Shown: piece after piece, positions 39,201-48,781 of the stretch
Layout of the letters: each line of letters begins with the position of its first letter
Numbering within the stretch: position 1 is the first letter of the stretch
Source of the DNA: Candidatus Tayloriibacteriota bacterium
GTDB taxonomy: Bacteria; Patescibacteriota; Minisyncoccia; Phycocordibacterales; PALSA-1337
Length of the DNA stretch: 64,000 nt
Direction of reading: 5' to 3'
Assembly (NCBI GenBank): GCA_943350765.1
Contig: CALRAJ010000002.1
Span: 72,951 to 136,950 of the forward strand
Made by a program: the position numbers and the translations under genes
Notes under the pieces: generated by a model
Seen by the model: the letters and a program-made list of their open reading frames with translations, nothing else
The model's database searches: none
Told to the model about the DNA's origin: nothing

Positions 39201-42200
39201 AATGGGGATTTCTTACTCTATAATATATCTGGTGGCAGTGGAAGGTATGTTACCCTCAATAATCTGACAAAAGAAAGTCCTATTGTAAATCTCACACTCG
39301 ATAGATTTGAGGAGGACATGGAGGTATTGGGAGTCAATCTATCTGCTTTGGGTGAGACAGCTCTAATAAACAAAATGTATGAGTATTTCTATGCAAAAAA
39401 TTATTTCGGTTATTTGTATGACCTGTCTCAGACTGCCCAGACGATAGAGCAGACTTTGACACGAGGTGGTGGTGACTGTGAAGACTTTGCTATTTTTATG
39501 ATAAGCCTTTTGAGAAATGAGTTTACTCGAAGAGGAATAACTTCTACAACCTTTGGTATGATGATAGGAAATGTTGATTCTCGTAGCCAAGCATTTGCCA
39601 ATAGTCAGGGTGTTGGTCACGCATCTATAGGTGTGAAAATAGACTCTAGCTATTATTATCTAGACGCTAGCTTCCTCTTTTTGGGTGCAGGTGCAGACCC
39701 TACACGCAGAGCTCCTATGGGACTAAATTCATTGTCTAGCAGTGGAGAAACATTTGCTGGGCCGATAGGTAGTGGTAACGGTGGCTGGTATGTAAAAGTT
39801 GCACATTTCTTTCCGACAAACGGAGCGAAAGTAGATTTCTATAATCGAGTCGGAGATCAATTTTACGATACAGCTAATATTGCAAATACTCCTATCTCTG
39901 TAGATACTGCGGTTACCAGAGTTTCAAATATCTCAACATATATAGAGCCATACAACCCGCTTGTTATTACCCTTGCATCATCTACGGTCAAGACTATTCC
40001 AGATTTTAAGAATAAAAATACGAGTTTTGTGGTGGGTAGTGTGCATAGCTTTTTTGCGGGACTTGCTCAATATGCACCGGAGACTGGTGGTGCTGATGTG
40101 TGGCGTGGAGTAGGACAAACCCTGCCAAATGTTATTAATTCAGATGGTACCGTCAGACTAGGGGCAAATATCTCTGGTGATTGTGAGGATCTCGCTTTTG
40201 CTGAGGCAAGTCTATTGGAGAATGTTCTTTTACGGCACTATCTTGCACGAGGTGAGCTACCAGTAAATGCTGTCGCCAAAGCAAAGAAAAATGTGATTAT
40301 TATTGCTGAGAAAAATTATAAAGGAATTGAGGGTAGACAGTCACATCTCTATGTGGGTTATTTGATTCCAAAAACATCTGCTACTCCAGCGACCGTGCGA
40401 CTAATAGACCCTCAGGATAAAAGCATTGGCGAACCACAACCACTCTCTGACTTTTTTAATGATAAGTATCTATTTTATGCTGATATAGAAAATGTGACAG
40501 CTATCACACCATACGACTGGAGTATGCTCAGTCTATCATCTGCTGTATCAGCCTCTTTGACACCTTCGGTTTCAGTAAATCCAGAGTCTGTGGCACCTGA
40601 TGCGTGGGTGGATACAAATAATCTTACTTTGACTACGGCTCAGATAGAAACTATTGCCGCAGCAGAAAGAGCCGCTCAGCCGACGACATCAGTCATTGGA
40701 AGAATTGGTAATTTTCTCCTAAAAGTTACGGGTATTAAAGATCTCATCAATTCTACGAGTGTTGGTGATTTTCTAACAAAGCTTGCCATAAAAGCCGGTC
40801 TGAGTTTAGCACCTACTCCTGTGTCTGTTGCGTCTACTGGTATTTCTCTTATAAACGGACTTTCTGAAATAATATCGGGAGAGCCATTGGTGGTAACACC
40901 AGGACAAATAGGATATTCACTGGTTAATGATATGGGTCAGTTTGTAAATGACTTTGGAGCTGCTATCGATAGTATAACCATTGGAGCTGAGTCCGGTGGT
41001 CAGATTTCATTTGAGGCCGCATCAGCCCAGAGTGCTTTCTCTGCTGGTAGTATACTTCCTGTACCAGAAGGTGGAGTAGATAGCTTTGCGGCAGCATCAT
41101 CTATTGAAGCTGGAATGGTATTTGTCAGAAATGAAAGCGTAACCCTGTCAGGTGGTCCAGGAGAAAACCGATCCTATGATCTGAGGGGGTATGATGCTAG
41201 TACCAATACTATCACTATCACCACTGTTGAGGTGGTCGGTGGTCCAGCTCTATCATTTAATTTTTCTACACCAGTAATCTCTAGACCACCACCAAGACCA
41301 GTGTCATGTCCTGCAGGTATACCACTTTGCTCATCTGTAAATACAGGTATCATCCCACCACTAAATGCTAGTTTCTCTGGCGCTATGGCGACATGCTATG
41401 TAGATGGTCAGGCACCTTCATGTAATACTCGCCAGTACAACACAGGGTGGATATGTAATGCTCCAGACTATGTGTCAAACGGCACTCCAGCAACAGGCTG
41501 TACCTGTATTAATATAAATGCAACAAATAGAGGTAGTGTGGGAACTTGTGAGTACGGTGCGACCATTTCATGTTCAGGAGGTACTCTGCCGTCTCAACCT
41601 ACAGCAACAAATCCAACAGGTGGTGTAGGTAATGTGGGGGTCTCATCATTCCCTGCACCTGTTGGAACACCTTCAGGCACGATTCTTTGGGGTTATGATG
41701 CAACTGCAATAGCGGGTAATACATCTTGTAAGTGGTCATGTGCTAGTGTGTATACTTATAATACAGATACAAAGCAGTGTGATTCTAACACTCGATATTC
41801 TTGTACTGAAATACCTGCAACCGATAATAATACCCAAAATTGTTCAAATACTAGTGTGAGAAATACAGTAAGCAGTAATGCCCATAGTGCATTTGTTGCA
41901 CTATGTACCGTGTCGCCTAGTACTGATGCACAAAAATGTGAATACAAGTGTGCGAGTGGTTTTATTAGAGGTACTAATACTTGTATTGTTGATCCATCTA
42001 GTACCTGTCCAATAGCAGGTCAGGTGTATAGGTTAGATACTTTAGGTGGAGGAAGTCGCATTTGTTGTAACCTCACACAGATTAATGTCGGAGGTACTTG
42101 TCTGAATAATACGACAGTGATTTCAGATGTAAATCTATTTGCTCATAAAAACACTGGAGGTACTACATATGAATCTCCTGGACACGACGATAAGATTACT

Positions 42201-42491
42201 ATCAGAAAAAATCAATCATTTAAACTATCATGGACACAGACTAATCCGTTATACACAGACACTTGTACACATAATGTTACGAGTCCGTCTCTAGCAATTC
42301 CAGAAGAGTTGGGAAAATGGACATCACCATTATTACCTGAAGACATAGGTGTGTCTGGAGATATAGATGGCTTAATTTTAAGTCGCACTGGTAAGTATGT
42401 ATTTTCAATTTCTTGTAATAATGGTGGCGTAGCGTCAGATTCCTCAGTCGAAGTAAATGTCAGTCCATCAGGCTCATTTATAGAATTTTAA
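36255..42491 (+). CDS. Giant secreted surface protein (~2078 aa): signal peptide, LamG-like lectin domain, YD-repeat region, two transglutaminase-like cysteine protease cores, Cys-rich module, shared C-terminal domain ending in GSFIEF
   Basis: Signal peptide MHSVKKSLLSLFFLLNLFLIPTSSVHA; DFWVKP/WNHIAV LamG-like; Y-x-YD-x-x-G-type repeats (RFEYDTNGQIAREIYYG...); GGGDCEDFAIFMISLL and SGDCEDLAFAEASLL cores; C-terminus homologous to that of 44967-47657. Confidence 0.8.
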   Translation: MHSVKKSLLSLFFLLNLFLIPTSSVHAEDFLFNFDRGLLDGVGGRVKASNNGDLTYYTGSPLPTISSSEHKFGTGSLFYDPAGGNKHSLIYGLVSSKEISLDGEYTIDFWVKPVEPYAINGQYTFFVIANSNHSNLAMMMEFPWSGGGASPDSKGLIGDYAYTNSQPFFTQREENTPTNTTNLYRSNSSPKFHHPFNGPWNGNGASQFRQKANGVPHKDTAGPIVGQWNHIAVQKKLVSNQPWINVAINGQMGKWIPYFAYPTSGIKYSEIVFGEWHNNTPPFYGYIDNFRITEGTARWRDIPDNGTFTLPTSQDYSGVTISDSDKNKEVQLGAEDFVSNTTSLDNNTYPADGVYTSCPTVVGSGRDSVREEYVQKIDGNPKFTSYFDTNHKLICTLYWAGTSTTTGSKVTKRFEYDTNGQIAREIYYGISGESSDITDIIAYYPKPSGGTRYKEIQNRNGTEYYKRYTTDGKLLYEHEYKNGTYIVSRNYTYNGLGKLLSKLEYYNASKYEKVLYTRDGTGTITRVDSYRAYTPEGTDIANYVHTATTYVGTHVASITNTFFNKNTQSPTALRREVTRYVTAGPTLGTVIDQRTFDYNASDPNLNKQRFTTFIGTDGNTLGKTKTDEEWVGTNYATSSFSYDINTGDLTSWKRTDDDGTKITKQTAYNVKNGLIKQEESATYRNNLSLEKIIRKDYNDEGELIEVYVDDFHESKGFSYRYTKSTKDGLPVSLVRLNESNGRVISEEQYYQNGDIWYKTDYTDSGSNYTATGYYVNKANDFILDQTKTLKPNFEFISQGSSDPLARQKLGARIIADFTDSTLRLQAQGSNEKVAILAVLKAILPRYKIALNAVSVSDPLSEQKRFAIYSAYSDKIRFAIYDIEYRKYSGQGKHLDTDIALGTTVTSWYGLDESNNKFWGIYTKPGATDGKINADTAYVDMDIMNPDLVDRTINASTYDTLANAVKKKEKWDSILSNTGALYLNGDFLLYNISGGSGRYVTLNNLTKESPIVNLTLDRFEEDMEVLGVNLSALGETALINKMYEYFYAKNYFGYLYDLSQTAQTIEQTLTRGGGDCEDFAIFMISLLRNEFTRRGITSTTFGMMIGNVDSRSQAFANSQGVGHASIGVKIDSSYYYLDASFLFLGAGADPTRRAPMGLNSLSSSGETFAGPIGSGNGGWYVKVAHFFPTNGAKVDFYNRVGDQFYDTANIANTPISVDTAVTRVSNISTYIEPYNPLVITLASSTVKTIPDFKNKNTSFVVGSVHSFFAGLAQYAPETGGADVWRGVGQTLPNVINSDGTVRLGANISGDCEDLAFAEASLLENVLLRHYLARGELPVNAVAKAKKNVIIIAEKNYKGIEGRQSHLYVGYLIPKTSATPATVRLIDPQDKSIGEPQPLSDFFNDKYLFYADIENVTAITPYDWSMLSLSSAVSASLTPSVSVNPESVAPDAWVDTNNLTLTTAQIETIAAAERAAQPTTSVIGRIGNFLLKVTGIKDLINSTSVGDFLTKLAIKAGLSLAPTPVSVASTGISLINGLSEIISGEPLVVTPGQIGYSLVNDMGQFVNDFGAAIDSITIGAESGGQISFEAASAQSAFSAGSILPVPEGGVDSFAAASSIEAGMVFVRNESVTLSGGPGENRSYDLRGYDASTNTITITTVEVVGGPALSFNFSTPVISRPPPRPVSCPAGIPLCSSVNTGIIPPLNASFSGAMATCYVDGQAPSCNTRQYNTGWICNAPDYVSNGTPATGCTCININATNRGSVGTCEYGATISCSGGTLPSQPTATNPTGGVGNVGVSSFPAPVGTPSGTILWGYDATAIAGNTSCKWSCASVYTYNTDTKQCDSNTRYSCTEIPATDNNTQNCSNTSVRNTVSSNAHSAFVALCTVSPSTDAQKCEYKCASGFIRGTNTCIVDPSSTCPIAGQVYRLDTLGGGSRICCNLTQINVGGTCLNNTTVISDVNLFAHKNTGGTTYESPGHDDKITIRKNQSFKLSWTQTNPLYTDTCTHNVTSPSLAIPEELGKWTSPLLPEDIGVSGDIDGLILSRTGKYVFSISCNNGGVASDSSVEVNVSPSGSFIEF

Positions 42492-42499
42492 ATAATCAA

Positions 42500-42877
42500 A
42501 TGAAAAAACCATCACAAAAACAAATTATTGAGATACTTATTACAATACTTTTAATAAGTATTGTTGGTATTGTTATTTACTACTTCTTTTTTTATAAGCA
42601 AAGACCAGCACCGCTACACCAGCCAGAGTTTCAGCTATCAGAAAAACAACAAAAGGAAATAGATAGGGCAGTAGAACAGGTAGCCACCGCAGAAGCCACT
42701 CAGGAAAATCTTTTTGCAGAACAAGAAAAACAACTAGATAAAAAAATAAATACAAAGAGAAATATCGATGTTAGGGCGTATAATCAACAGCAGAAAAATA
42801 TAAATCAGTTGCAAAGCTCAATGAATAGGCAAGGGGCTGTACTACCTGGTGGTCGTCTAGATTTTAATCCCCAGTAA
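42500..42877 (+). CDS. Hypothetical protein: N-terminal TM plus coiled-coil
   Basis: TM ILITILLISIVGIVIYYFFF; Q/E/K-rich helix. Confidence 0.35.
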   Translation: MKKPSQKQIIEILITILLISIVGIVIYYFFFYKQRPAPLHQPEFQLSEKQQKEIDRAVEQVATAEATQENLFAEQEKQLDKKINTKRNIDVRAYNQQQKNINQLQSSMNRQGAVLPGGRLDFNPQ

Positions 42878-43014
42878 AACTGTAAATCAAGGTGCCAAAC
42901 ACTGATAGTAAAAGCCCACGCATGGTGTGTGGTAGTACTTGACTTTATATACAAATGGGTGTATAATAAGCTGTTAAGCATAGGAGCGTCCTTCTATGCG
43001 CACTTTTAGATTAT

Positions 43015-43428
43015 ATGAGAAAAAGCTTGTTTTTGATGGTTTGTATCATGGGCATTAGTGTTGTCGGGTGCAAGAGCACTAGCCCACAGCGTGGCTCGAG
43101 TACTATCCTCCCCATCAGGACTACCCCAACAGGGGCAACGGTGCAGACCAACGGGGTGACCGTTGGTGTCTCCCCGCTAGACATTGTCCTGCCGAGAATG
43201 ATTGGTAGGGAAGGCTTGGTCATCAAAATCATCTGTGACGGCTATGAGCCTGTCCTGACCACGGTCGTATCGAGGCTGTCGATGGAAGGGTTTGTATTCC
43301 TCTTCCCGCGTCTGCCTATGGCGATGATACTCGATGTGCCGGCTGGACCAAAGGGCTCGAGCCTCGATCTAATCCCGAGGAGTATAGATATTTCGATGAC
43401 TCCAGTTTCTTTGCCACATGTTGAGTAG
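43015..43428 (+). CDS. PEGA-domain lipoprotein (GC-rich, possibly horizontally acquired)
   Basis: Lipobox ...VVGC; TTPTGATVQTNGVTVGVSP...ICDGYEP resembles PEGA; local GC content is much higher than the surroundings. Confidence 0.45.
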   Translation: MRKSLFLMVCIMGISVVGCKSTSPQRGSSTILPIRTTPTGATVQTNGVTVGVSPLDIVLPRMIGREGLVIKIICDGYEPVLTTVVSRLSMEGFVFLFPRLPMAMILDVPAGPKGSSLDLIPRSIDISMTPVSLPHVE

Positions 43429-43499
43429 CGAGTTCACTACTTGTCACTTTACATCACCCGCACAACTTCAAGTTGGCGGTTTTTATTTTTTAATTTCAT

Positions 43500-43535
43500 A
43501 ATCCCCCGATTTTTGTACTCAAAAATCGGGGGATT
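43500..43535. promoter_or_regulatory. Perfect palindrome upstream of the surface protein gene (P family)
   Basis: AATCCCCCGATTTTTG-tactc-AAAAATCGGGGGATT, preceded by a T-rich tract. Confidence 0.5.
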
Positions 43536-43621
43536 AGGAAAGTTATACACAGTTAAAACAACAGGACTTTTATAAAAAAATGCTACAATTTACTACACTA
43601 ATTTAAGAATACATATTTATT

Positions 43622-44980
43622 ATGATAAAAAATACAGCCTTAGGACTATTTTTATTTTTATTTAGCATTATTGTACTATCTCCGTTTTTAACTTTTGCCC
43701 AGACATCACCAGCATCTACTACCCCAGAAAGTAAGATAACTGCTGTTACTGTAGCCACTGTCAATATCTACGACGCCAAAATTATTTCTCAAAGTGGAAA
43801 TACATTCGCTATTTCCTTCGATATTTCCAACCGAGTCGGTGTGCAGTCTGGTATCAAGTACTCAGTCACACTAGTGAAGCCTAAAACAGGTGATGTTGCT
43901 GATGAACATGTATATAGCGAAGTGTTGGCATTAGGCGAAAACCAAACAATCACAAAGACCATCACATATACAGCGCCAGCATCCGTATCTAGTGGCACAT
44001 ACCAACTCTGGCTCCGAAGCAACAACGACCGAGGTCTCCCTCTAGCCCTAGCCAATCTCGGAAATATCACCATCACATCATCCAATACTCCAAAAGTCGA
44101 TATTCTCGGAGACACCTGCTACCTCACAGTCGATGGAGAGAAGTCTGTCAAGAAATACACCCTGAGACAGGGAGTCGACATTGCGAATACAGAATCATTG
44201 ACCGCTACATGCAAGGTATTCAGTACTATGCCTATTTCAAAAACAACACCGAAAATCTTCCCATTTTTTACCCCCACCTTCGAAACCCATTTTAGAACAT
44301 TGTACGGTGATATTGTTCCTCAAACAGGTGGAGCGACAACTTCGATTGCCATTAGTGCAGGAACATCCACCATATCAGTCAGCCTCCCTAAAGCCTTCAA
44401 GCCACAAGCATACGATGTCCTATTTTCATTAGTCCCTAATAGTTCAGCCAAGGCCACAGTATCAGAATCTAATAAGGTAAACTTTCACTATGTCCTCCGC
44501 GGTCTAAGTGGCACTGTTCAAAACACTGTCTTCGACAAGCTTTCATACAAGAAAGGGGATATAGCCCAACTCCAGATATTTACATCAGAATCCGCTGATA
44601 GTTTTGAACGCTCTCGTGCGGGGTCAGGAACAAAATCAGAGAAACAAAAACTCGATGTCACTGTCACTGATACAGTAGGAATTATATGTGGATCATATTC
44701 AAATAAAGAAACTAGGTTAGATCCACGAGGTAATAATATTGCTATCACTATGCTTGAAGATTGTAATGGGCCAATAGCAAAAGTTACTTTAGGTGCGGCT
44801 GTTGATGATAATTCTGATTTACAAACTCTTGATTCCAAAAGCTTCGAGAATCCACTACCGCTTCCACTGGCTCCTACTCCAGTTAATATAATAAATAAAT
44901 ATACAGTAATATTTTTGGTCGCTGGTTTGTTTATTGTATTAATCGTTTTACTAAAAAAGCGTTTTTATGAAAATAAATAA
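43622..44980 (+). CDS. Cell-surface protein with signal peptide and C-terminal TM anchor
   Basis: Signal peptide LGLFLFLFSIIVLSPFLTFAQ; beta-rich Thr/Ser-rich body; C-terminal TM VIFLVAGLFIVLIVLL + KKRF. Confidence 0.45.
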   Translation: MIKNTALGLFLFLFSIIVLSPFLTFAQTSPASTTPESKITAVTVATVNIYDAKIISQSGNTFAISFDISNRVGVQSGIKYSVTLVKPKTGDVADEHVYSEVLALGENQTITKTITYTAPASVSSGTYQLWLRSNNDRGLPLALANLGNITITSSNTPKVDILGDTCYLTVDGEKSVKKYTLRQGVDIANTESLTATCKVFSTMPISKTTPKIFPFFTPTFETHFRTLYGDIVPQTGGATTSIAISAGTSTISVSLPKAFKPQAYDVLFSLVPNSSAKATVSESNKVNFHYVLRGLSGTVQNTVFDKLSYKKGDIAQLQIFTSESADSFERSRAGSGTKSEKQKLDVTVTDTVGIICGSYSNKETRLDPRGNNIAITMLEDCNGPIAKVTLGAAVDDNSDLQTLDSKSFENPLPLPLAPTPVNIINKYTVIFLVAGLFIVLIVLLKKRFYENK

Positions 44981-47657
44981 TTTTTTAAAAATTTCACTTT
45001 TTTCTTTTTTCCTTTTGATTGGAGTTTTCTCGGTGGGGGTGGGGGAGGTAAAAGCGGATACGGTAGATCTTTGTTTTGAATATGGAACAGAGATCGTTTC
45101 AGCAGGACCAGGAAGAATAAAAAGAGTACCGCGAATTTGGTGTGTTTCCACTTTCGTATTTAATTTAGATAAAGCTACCTACAATGTCGGTGAACCAATC
45201 GTAATGAGCGGAAGCGCTTCATCAAAAGTGTGCTCTAATCAAGAGGTGGGAATATACGCAAAATATCATATAGATAATTCTAGTGATGTTTCTATTTTTA
45301 GTGGTAGTGGGACTTCTGGTAGTGGTTCAGCAATATATAACGGTAATTTGTTGCCCGGAATTCATAATGCTGTTTTTAGTGCTTGCAATAATTTGACTGG
45401 ATTTTGTACTCAAATAAGCATCCCCTTCACCGTCGTCGCACCCCCACCCCCTCCGCCCATCGTCACTCTGACAGCCACCCCAACATCCGTCCCTATTGGT
45501 GGCTCATCTGTGCTTTCATGGAGTTCAACCAATGCAACACAGTGTACCGCTTCAGGAGATTGGTCAGGTAATGATAAGTCCGTAGCTCCAGGTACACACA
45601 CAGAAAATACTGCTACTTTAAATACTGAAGGTACGGATGCATACAGCTATACACTTACTTGTACTGGTCCAGGCGGTTCGAGAGCTGAAACTGCCAGAGT
45701 AAGTGTTACCGCTCCGCATGTTACTTTGGACCCACCCAATAGCTCGATAATGGCTGGAGAGTCAGTTGATCTTATTTGGTCATCAAAAAATACCACTCTA
45801 TGCACCGCCAGCGCCTCTGGCCCAAATCCCGTTACAAATTGGACTAGTGGAATAAAAAGTCCAAATCCTACTTCAAACTATGTTGTAAATACACCCATAA
45901 ACACAGGTGCTTTGAATACACCGGGCGATCAAACCTACACTATTACCTGTGAGGGTGCTAGTAACGGTGTTGTGGCAGCACCTACTCCAGCCACACCGAT
46001 TATTTTTGATTATGCGACAGCTTCCAATGGTCAAACATCTGCGAATGGCCAGTACACATGGACGGTGCCTGCGGGAGTGACTAGTGTGAAAGTGAAAGCG
46101 TGGGGGGCTGGTGGGGCAGTGGCTAATCTAGGCGCAGGTGGAGGTTATACTGAATCAATAATTACTGTTACACCAGGTGAAAATCTGTCCGTTTTTGTCG
46201 GTGCAGGAGGAGTAAGTAGAAGTATTGACCACGGTGCTGATTATGGCTCTTGTCGTGTATCAATAGTTGGTAGTGGTGGACAGCCTAGTTATCTGTCGCG
46301 TAGCACTTCTATTATTCAAATGGCTGGTGGAGGTGGTGCGGGAGTGACTTCTGGTGCAGGTTGTGTTCCGAATGAATGGGATACAACATCACCGGTCTCA
46401 GTGGTGGGATCTCCGGGTGGTTACGATTATTATGCAGCACTCAGTCAACCGTATCCAAGCCTCCCAGATATAATCAAGGGTAGTGGTGGAGGGTCTAATT
46501 CAGTTCTTGCCCCAGTCTGTCTAGGTTTTGGAACTCCTTGTCATGTATTACCTGCGGTAGTGAAAACAAAAAGTTTCTGGGGTGGTTTAAACTTCTCTCT
46601 ATTGGGAGGCGTTAAAACAAATGCAACTGGCATTACCCCGGCCAATTCAGCTGATGCAAATCGTGGCACTGCTGGTAATACTGAAACGGCAGGTCGCATC
46701 GTGCTCATCCCTCAAAACGGCACTATTCCTCCACCAGTCACACCCACCGTTTCCTCTACAGCTGTCGTGACAGTCAATCGGGTACTACCACCAGAAGCTA
46801 CCCTAGAAACTAGTCGTTTAAGCGTACTACTCAGTGATACATACATCCTATCTTGGAAATCTAAAAATTCGGTCTCATGTGTTGCGGGTGGTACTGAGGG
46901 TGTTTGGACAGCAGATACAAGAGCAAATGGAACGGATACTGAACAAGCGTATAATACGGTGACCAAAACTGCAGGTTCTACAGGAGACAAAAGATATACT
47001 CTTACATGTACGGGTGCAGGTACTACCGGGTCTGTTACAAAAGAGGTGACTGTAAATGTTTATGATCCATCTATATCGTCATGCAGTACTTTGAGTATTA
47101 GTAATACGATTCAATGTCCGTATTCTCAATTAGGACCAGGTAACAGGACAAGTACACTTGAGCCTAGTTGCCCAGTTAATCCAGGTTGTTATTACAGTTG
47201 TAATACTGGTTACAATCTAGTTGCTGGAAGTTGTGTACGCATATCAACCCCCGCTTCAATCGTAACTCTTATGGCTCATAAAAAGATAAGTCAAAATCTT
47301 CTTTATGATGTTGGAAATACTACGGAAATAAAAATCAAAAAGAATCAGCCGTTTAAATTATCATGGACACAGTCTGATGTATCAAATGCTGGTATATGTA
47401 CGCGAAGTACCTTGGGTTCTTTTAAAGCGGGTAATGATACAGGTATAATGAATTACTGGAAAAATCCTTTAACTATACCAGCATCAATTACAAAAACAAT
47501 TAACCTCGATGGCTCTGAGGGTGAAATAGAAGGCTTCAAACTAGAAAATACAGGTACCTATACCTTTAAAATTTCTTGTCAAAAAGCTGGCTACAGAGCC
47601 TCGGAAAAAACAGTAAATGTAGTCGTGGATCCCGCGGGCTCGTTTATAGAATTCTAG
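44967..47657 (+). CDS. Giant secreted protein 2 (896 aa): signal peptide, Ig-like repeats, Gly-rich region, Cys-rich module and the shared C-terminal domain ending in GSFIEF
   Basis: Repeats LSWSSTNATQCTASGDWSG / LIWSSKNTTLCTASASG; C-terminal ~120 aa (KNQPFKLSWTQ...YTFKISC...PAGSFIEF) homologous to the C-terminus of 36255-42491. Confidence 0.7.
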   Translation: MKINNFLKISLFSFFLLIGVFSVGVGEVKADTVDLCFEYGTEIVSAGPGRIKRVPRIWCVSTFVFNLDKATYNVGEPIVMSGSASSKVCSNQEVGIYAKYHIDNSSDVSIFSGSGTSGSGSAIYNGNLLPGIHNAVFSACNNLTGFCTQISIPFTVVAPPPPPPIVTLTATPTSVPIGGSSVLSWSSTNATQCTASGDWSGNDKSVAPGTHTENTATLNTEGTDAYSYTLTCTGPGGSRAETARVSVTAPHVTLDPPNSSIMAGESVDLIWSSKNTTLCTASASGPNPVTNWTSGIKSPNPTSNYVVNTPINTGALNTPGDQTYTITCEGASNGVVAAPTPATPIIFDYATASNGQTSANGQYTWTVPAGVTSVKVKAWGAGGAVANLGAGGGYTESIITVTPGENLSVFVGAGGVSRSIDHGADYGSCRVSIVGSGGQPSYLSRSTSIIQMAGGGGAGVTSGAGCVPNEWDTTSPVSVVGSPGGYDYYAALSQPYPSLPDIIKGSGGGSNSVLAPVCLGFGTPCHVLPAVVKTKSFWGGLNFSLLGGVKTNATGITPANSADANRGTAGNTETAGRIVLIPQNGTIPPPVTPTVSSTAVVTVNRVLPPEATLETSRLSVLLSDTYILSWKSKNSVSCVAGGTEGVWTADTRANGTDTEQAYNTVTKTAGSTGDKRYTLTCTGAGTTGSVTKEVTVNVYDPSISSCSTLSISNTIQCPYSQLGPGNRTSTLEPSCPVNPGCYYSCNTGYNLVAGSCVRISTPASIVTLMAHKKISQNLLYDVGNTTEIKIKKNQPFKLSWTQSDVSNAGICTRSTLGSFKAGNDTGIMNYWKNPLTIPASITKTINLDGSEGEIEGFKLENTGTYTFKISCQKAGYRASEKTVNVVVDPAGSFIEF

Positions 47658-47849
47658 ATAATTCCATATAACCTTTTTTTAGCAAAATAACCCTATTTCT
47701 AGGGTTATTTTGCTATTATCTTGGCTGTGGATAATTCCACTTGACTTTTATATCATAAAGTAGTATACTGAGGGGTAGGCGAACCTTGACATCAATGAAG
47801 GTGTTTGAGGTTTCTCGTTGAAACTTTAGTCGGAAGTCGGAGGAAATTT

Positions 47850-48752
47850 ATGTACAAAATAGTTGCCACTTTGGCATTACTCTGTGCATGGACAATCCAT
47901 GCCGCAGAGCTACCCAGCTCTCTGCCTGTCGGAGACGACACGGTGAGAGCCTACAGGATAGCTAGTATCCAAAAACTAGTCATCAATCTCCTTTACTCGC
48001 CTACCCCGACCACAAACGGTCAAATGTGGATAATCGGGTACTACCAGACCAACTATATCGCCACAAACGGTGTGGTGAATATGGTGTATGTGAGAGAGGA
48101 AATCAGAAAGTTCGCGGAGTTGGCTCCTAAAAACTCGACCAATGTGTATGCCATCATTGCGGGCTTCAATTGCTCAGGTGGCGATGGAGCTTACGCAGGA
48201 ATGAACTCAGGTGAGTATTCTTGGATAGTAAATCCTGACGGGAGCTATTCGCTCCCAGCTCAGGCGACCAATGCTCCGCTCGTGGAGTATGATTGGACCA
48301 TAATTACTATTCCAGGTATCACTCAAGCCAGAGTAGAGGTGTATTGGCGGGGAAGGGTTGACTACACATGGGACAGTGAGCCTGGTGGTATCAGCACCCA
48401 GCGCGGTGTCTGCGCCTTTCCCACATGGATGCTGACTAGCGACTACGAAGGGGTTATCACTATCTGGTCAAAGTCTGGCACGCAGACTACCCAAACAAGG
48501 TATGATCTCAAGACTGGACAAAGGGAAGTCCCTCTAGTCCTCTCGTCGCCAGTGATGACCTCGCAGGGTATGAGGTTTGTCATTACGGGAAAAGCGGGTA
48601 AAGATGTGTTTGTTCAGCGTTCCAGCGATTTAAAGGTCTGGAATACTGGGACCAACCTGTCAAACCCGACAGGTACGATCACCTTCGTTGATACAGTGGC
48701 TACAGGTACATGTTCCTATTATCGGGTAGGGTACCTGGAGACATCACAGTGA
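47850..48752 (+). CDS. Secreted hypothetical protein (GC-rich)
   Basis: Signal peptide MYKIVATLALLCAWTIHA; elevated GC; ORF-track start is a TTG. Confidence 0.4.
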   Translation: MYKIVATLALLCAWTIHAAELPSSLPVGDDTVRAYRIASIQKLVINLLYSPTPTTNGQMWIIGYYQTNYIATNGVVNMVYVREEIRKFAELAPKNSTNVYAIIAGFNCSGGDGAYAGMNSGEYSWIVNPDGSYSLPAQATNAPLVEYDWTIITIPGITQARVEVYWRGRVDYTWDSEPGGISTQRGVCAFPTWMLTSDYEGVITIWSKSGTQTTQTRYDLKTGQREVPLVLSSPVMTSQGMRFVITGKAGKDVFVQRSSDLKVWNTGTNLSNPTGTITFVDTVATGTCSYYRVGYLETSQ

Positions 48753-48781
48753 TCCGTCGCACAGGGTTGTGCAGCGGATTT

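Noticed and set aside
42160-47657. Diversity-generating retroelement (VR/TR) acting on the giant-protein C-termini
   Set aside because: The two C-terminal domains are similar at the DNA level, but differences are spread over all bases rather than concentrated at adenine positions, and no reverse transcriptase is in the window; they are ordinary paralogs.
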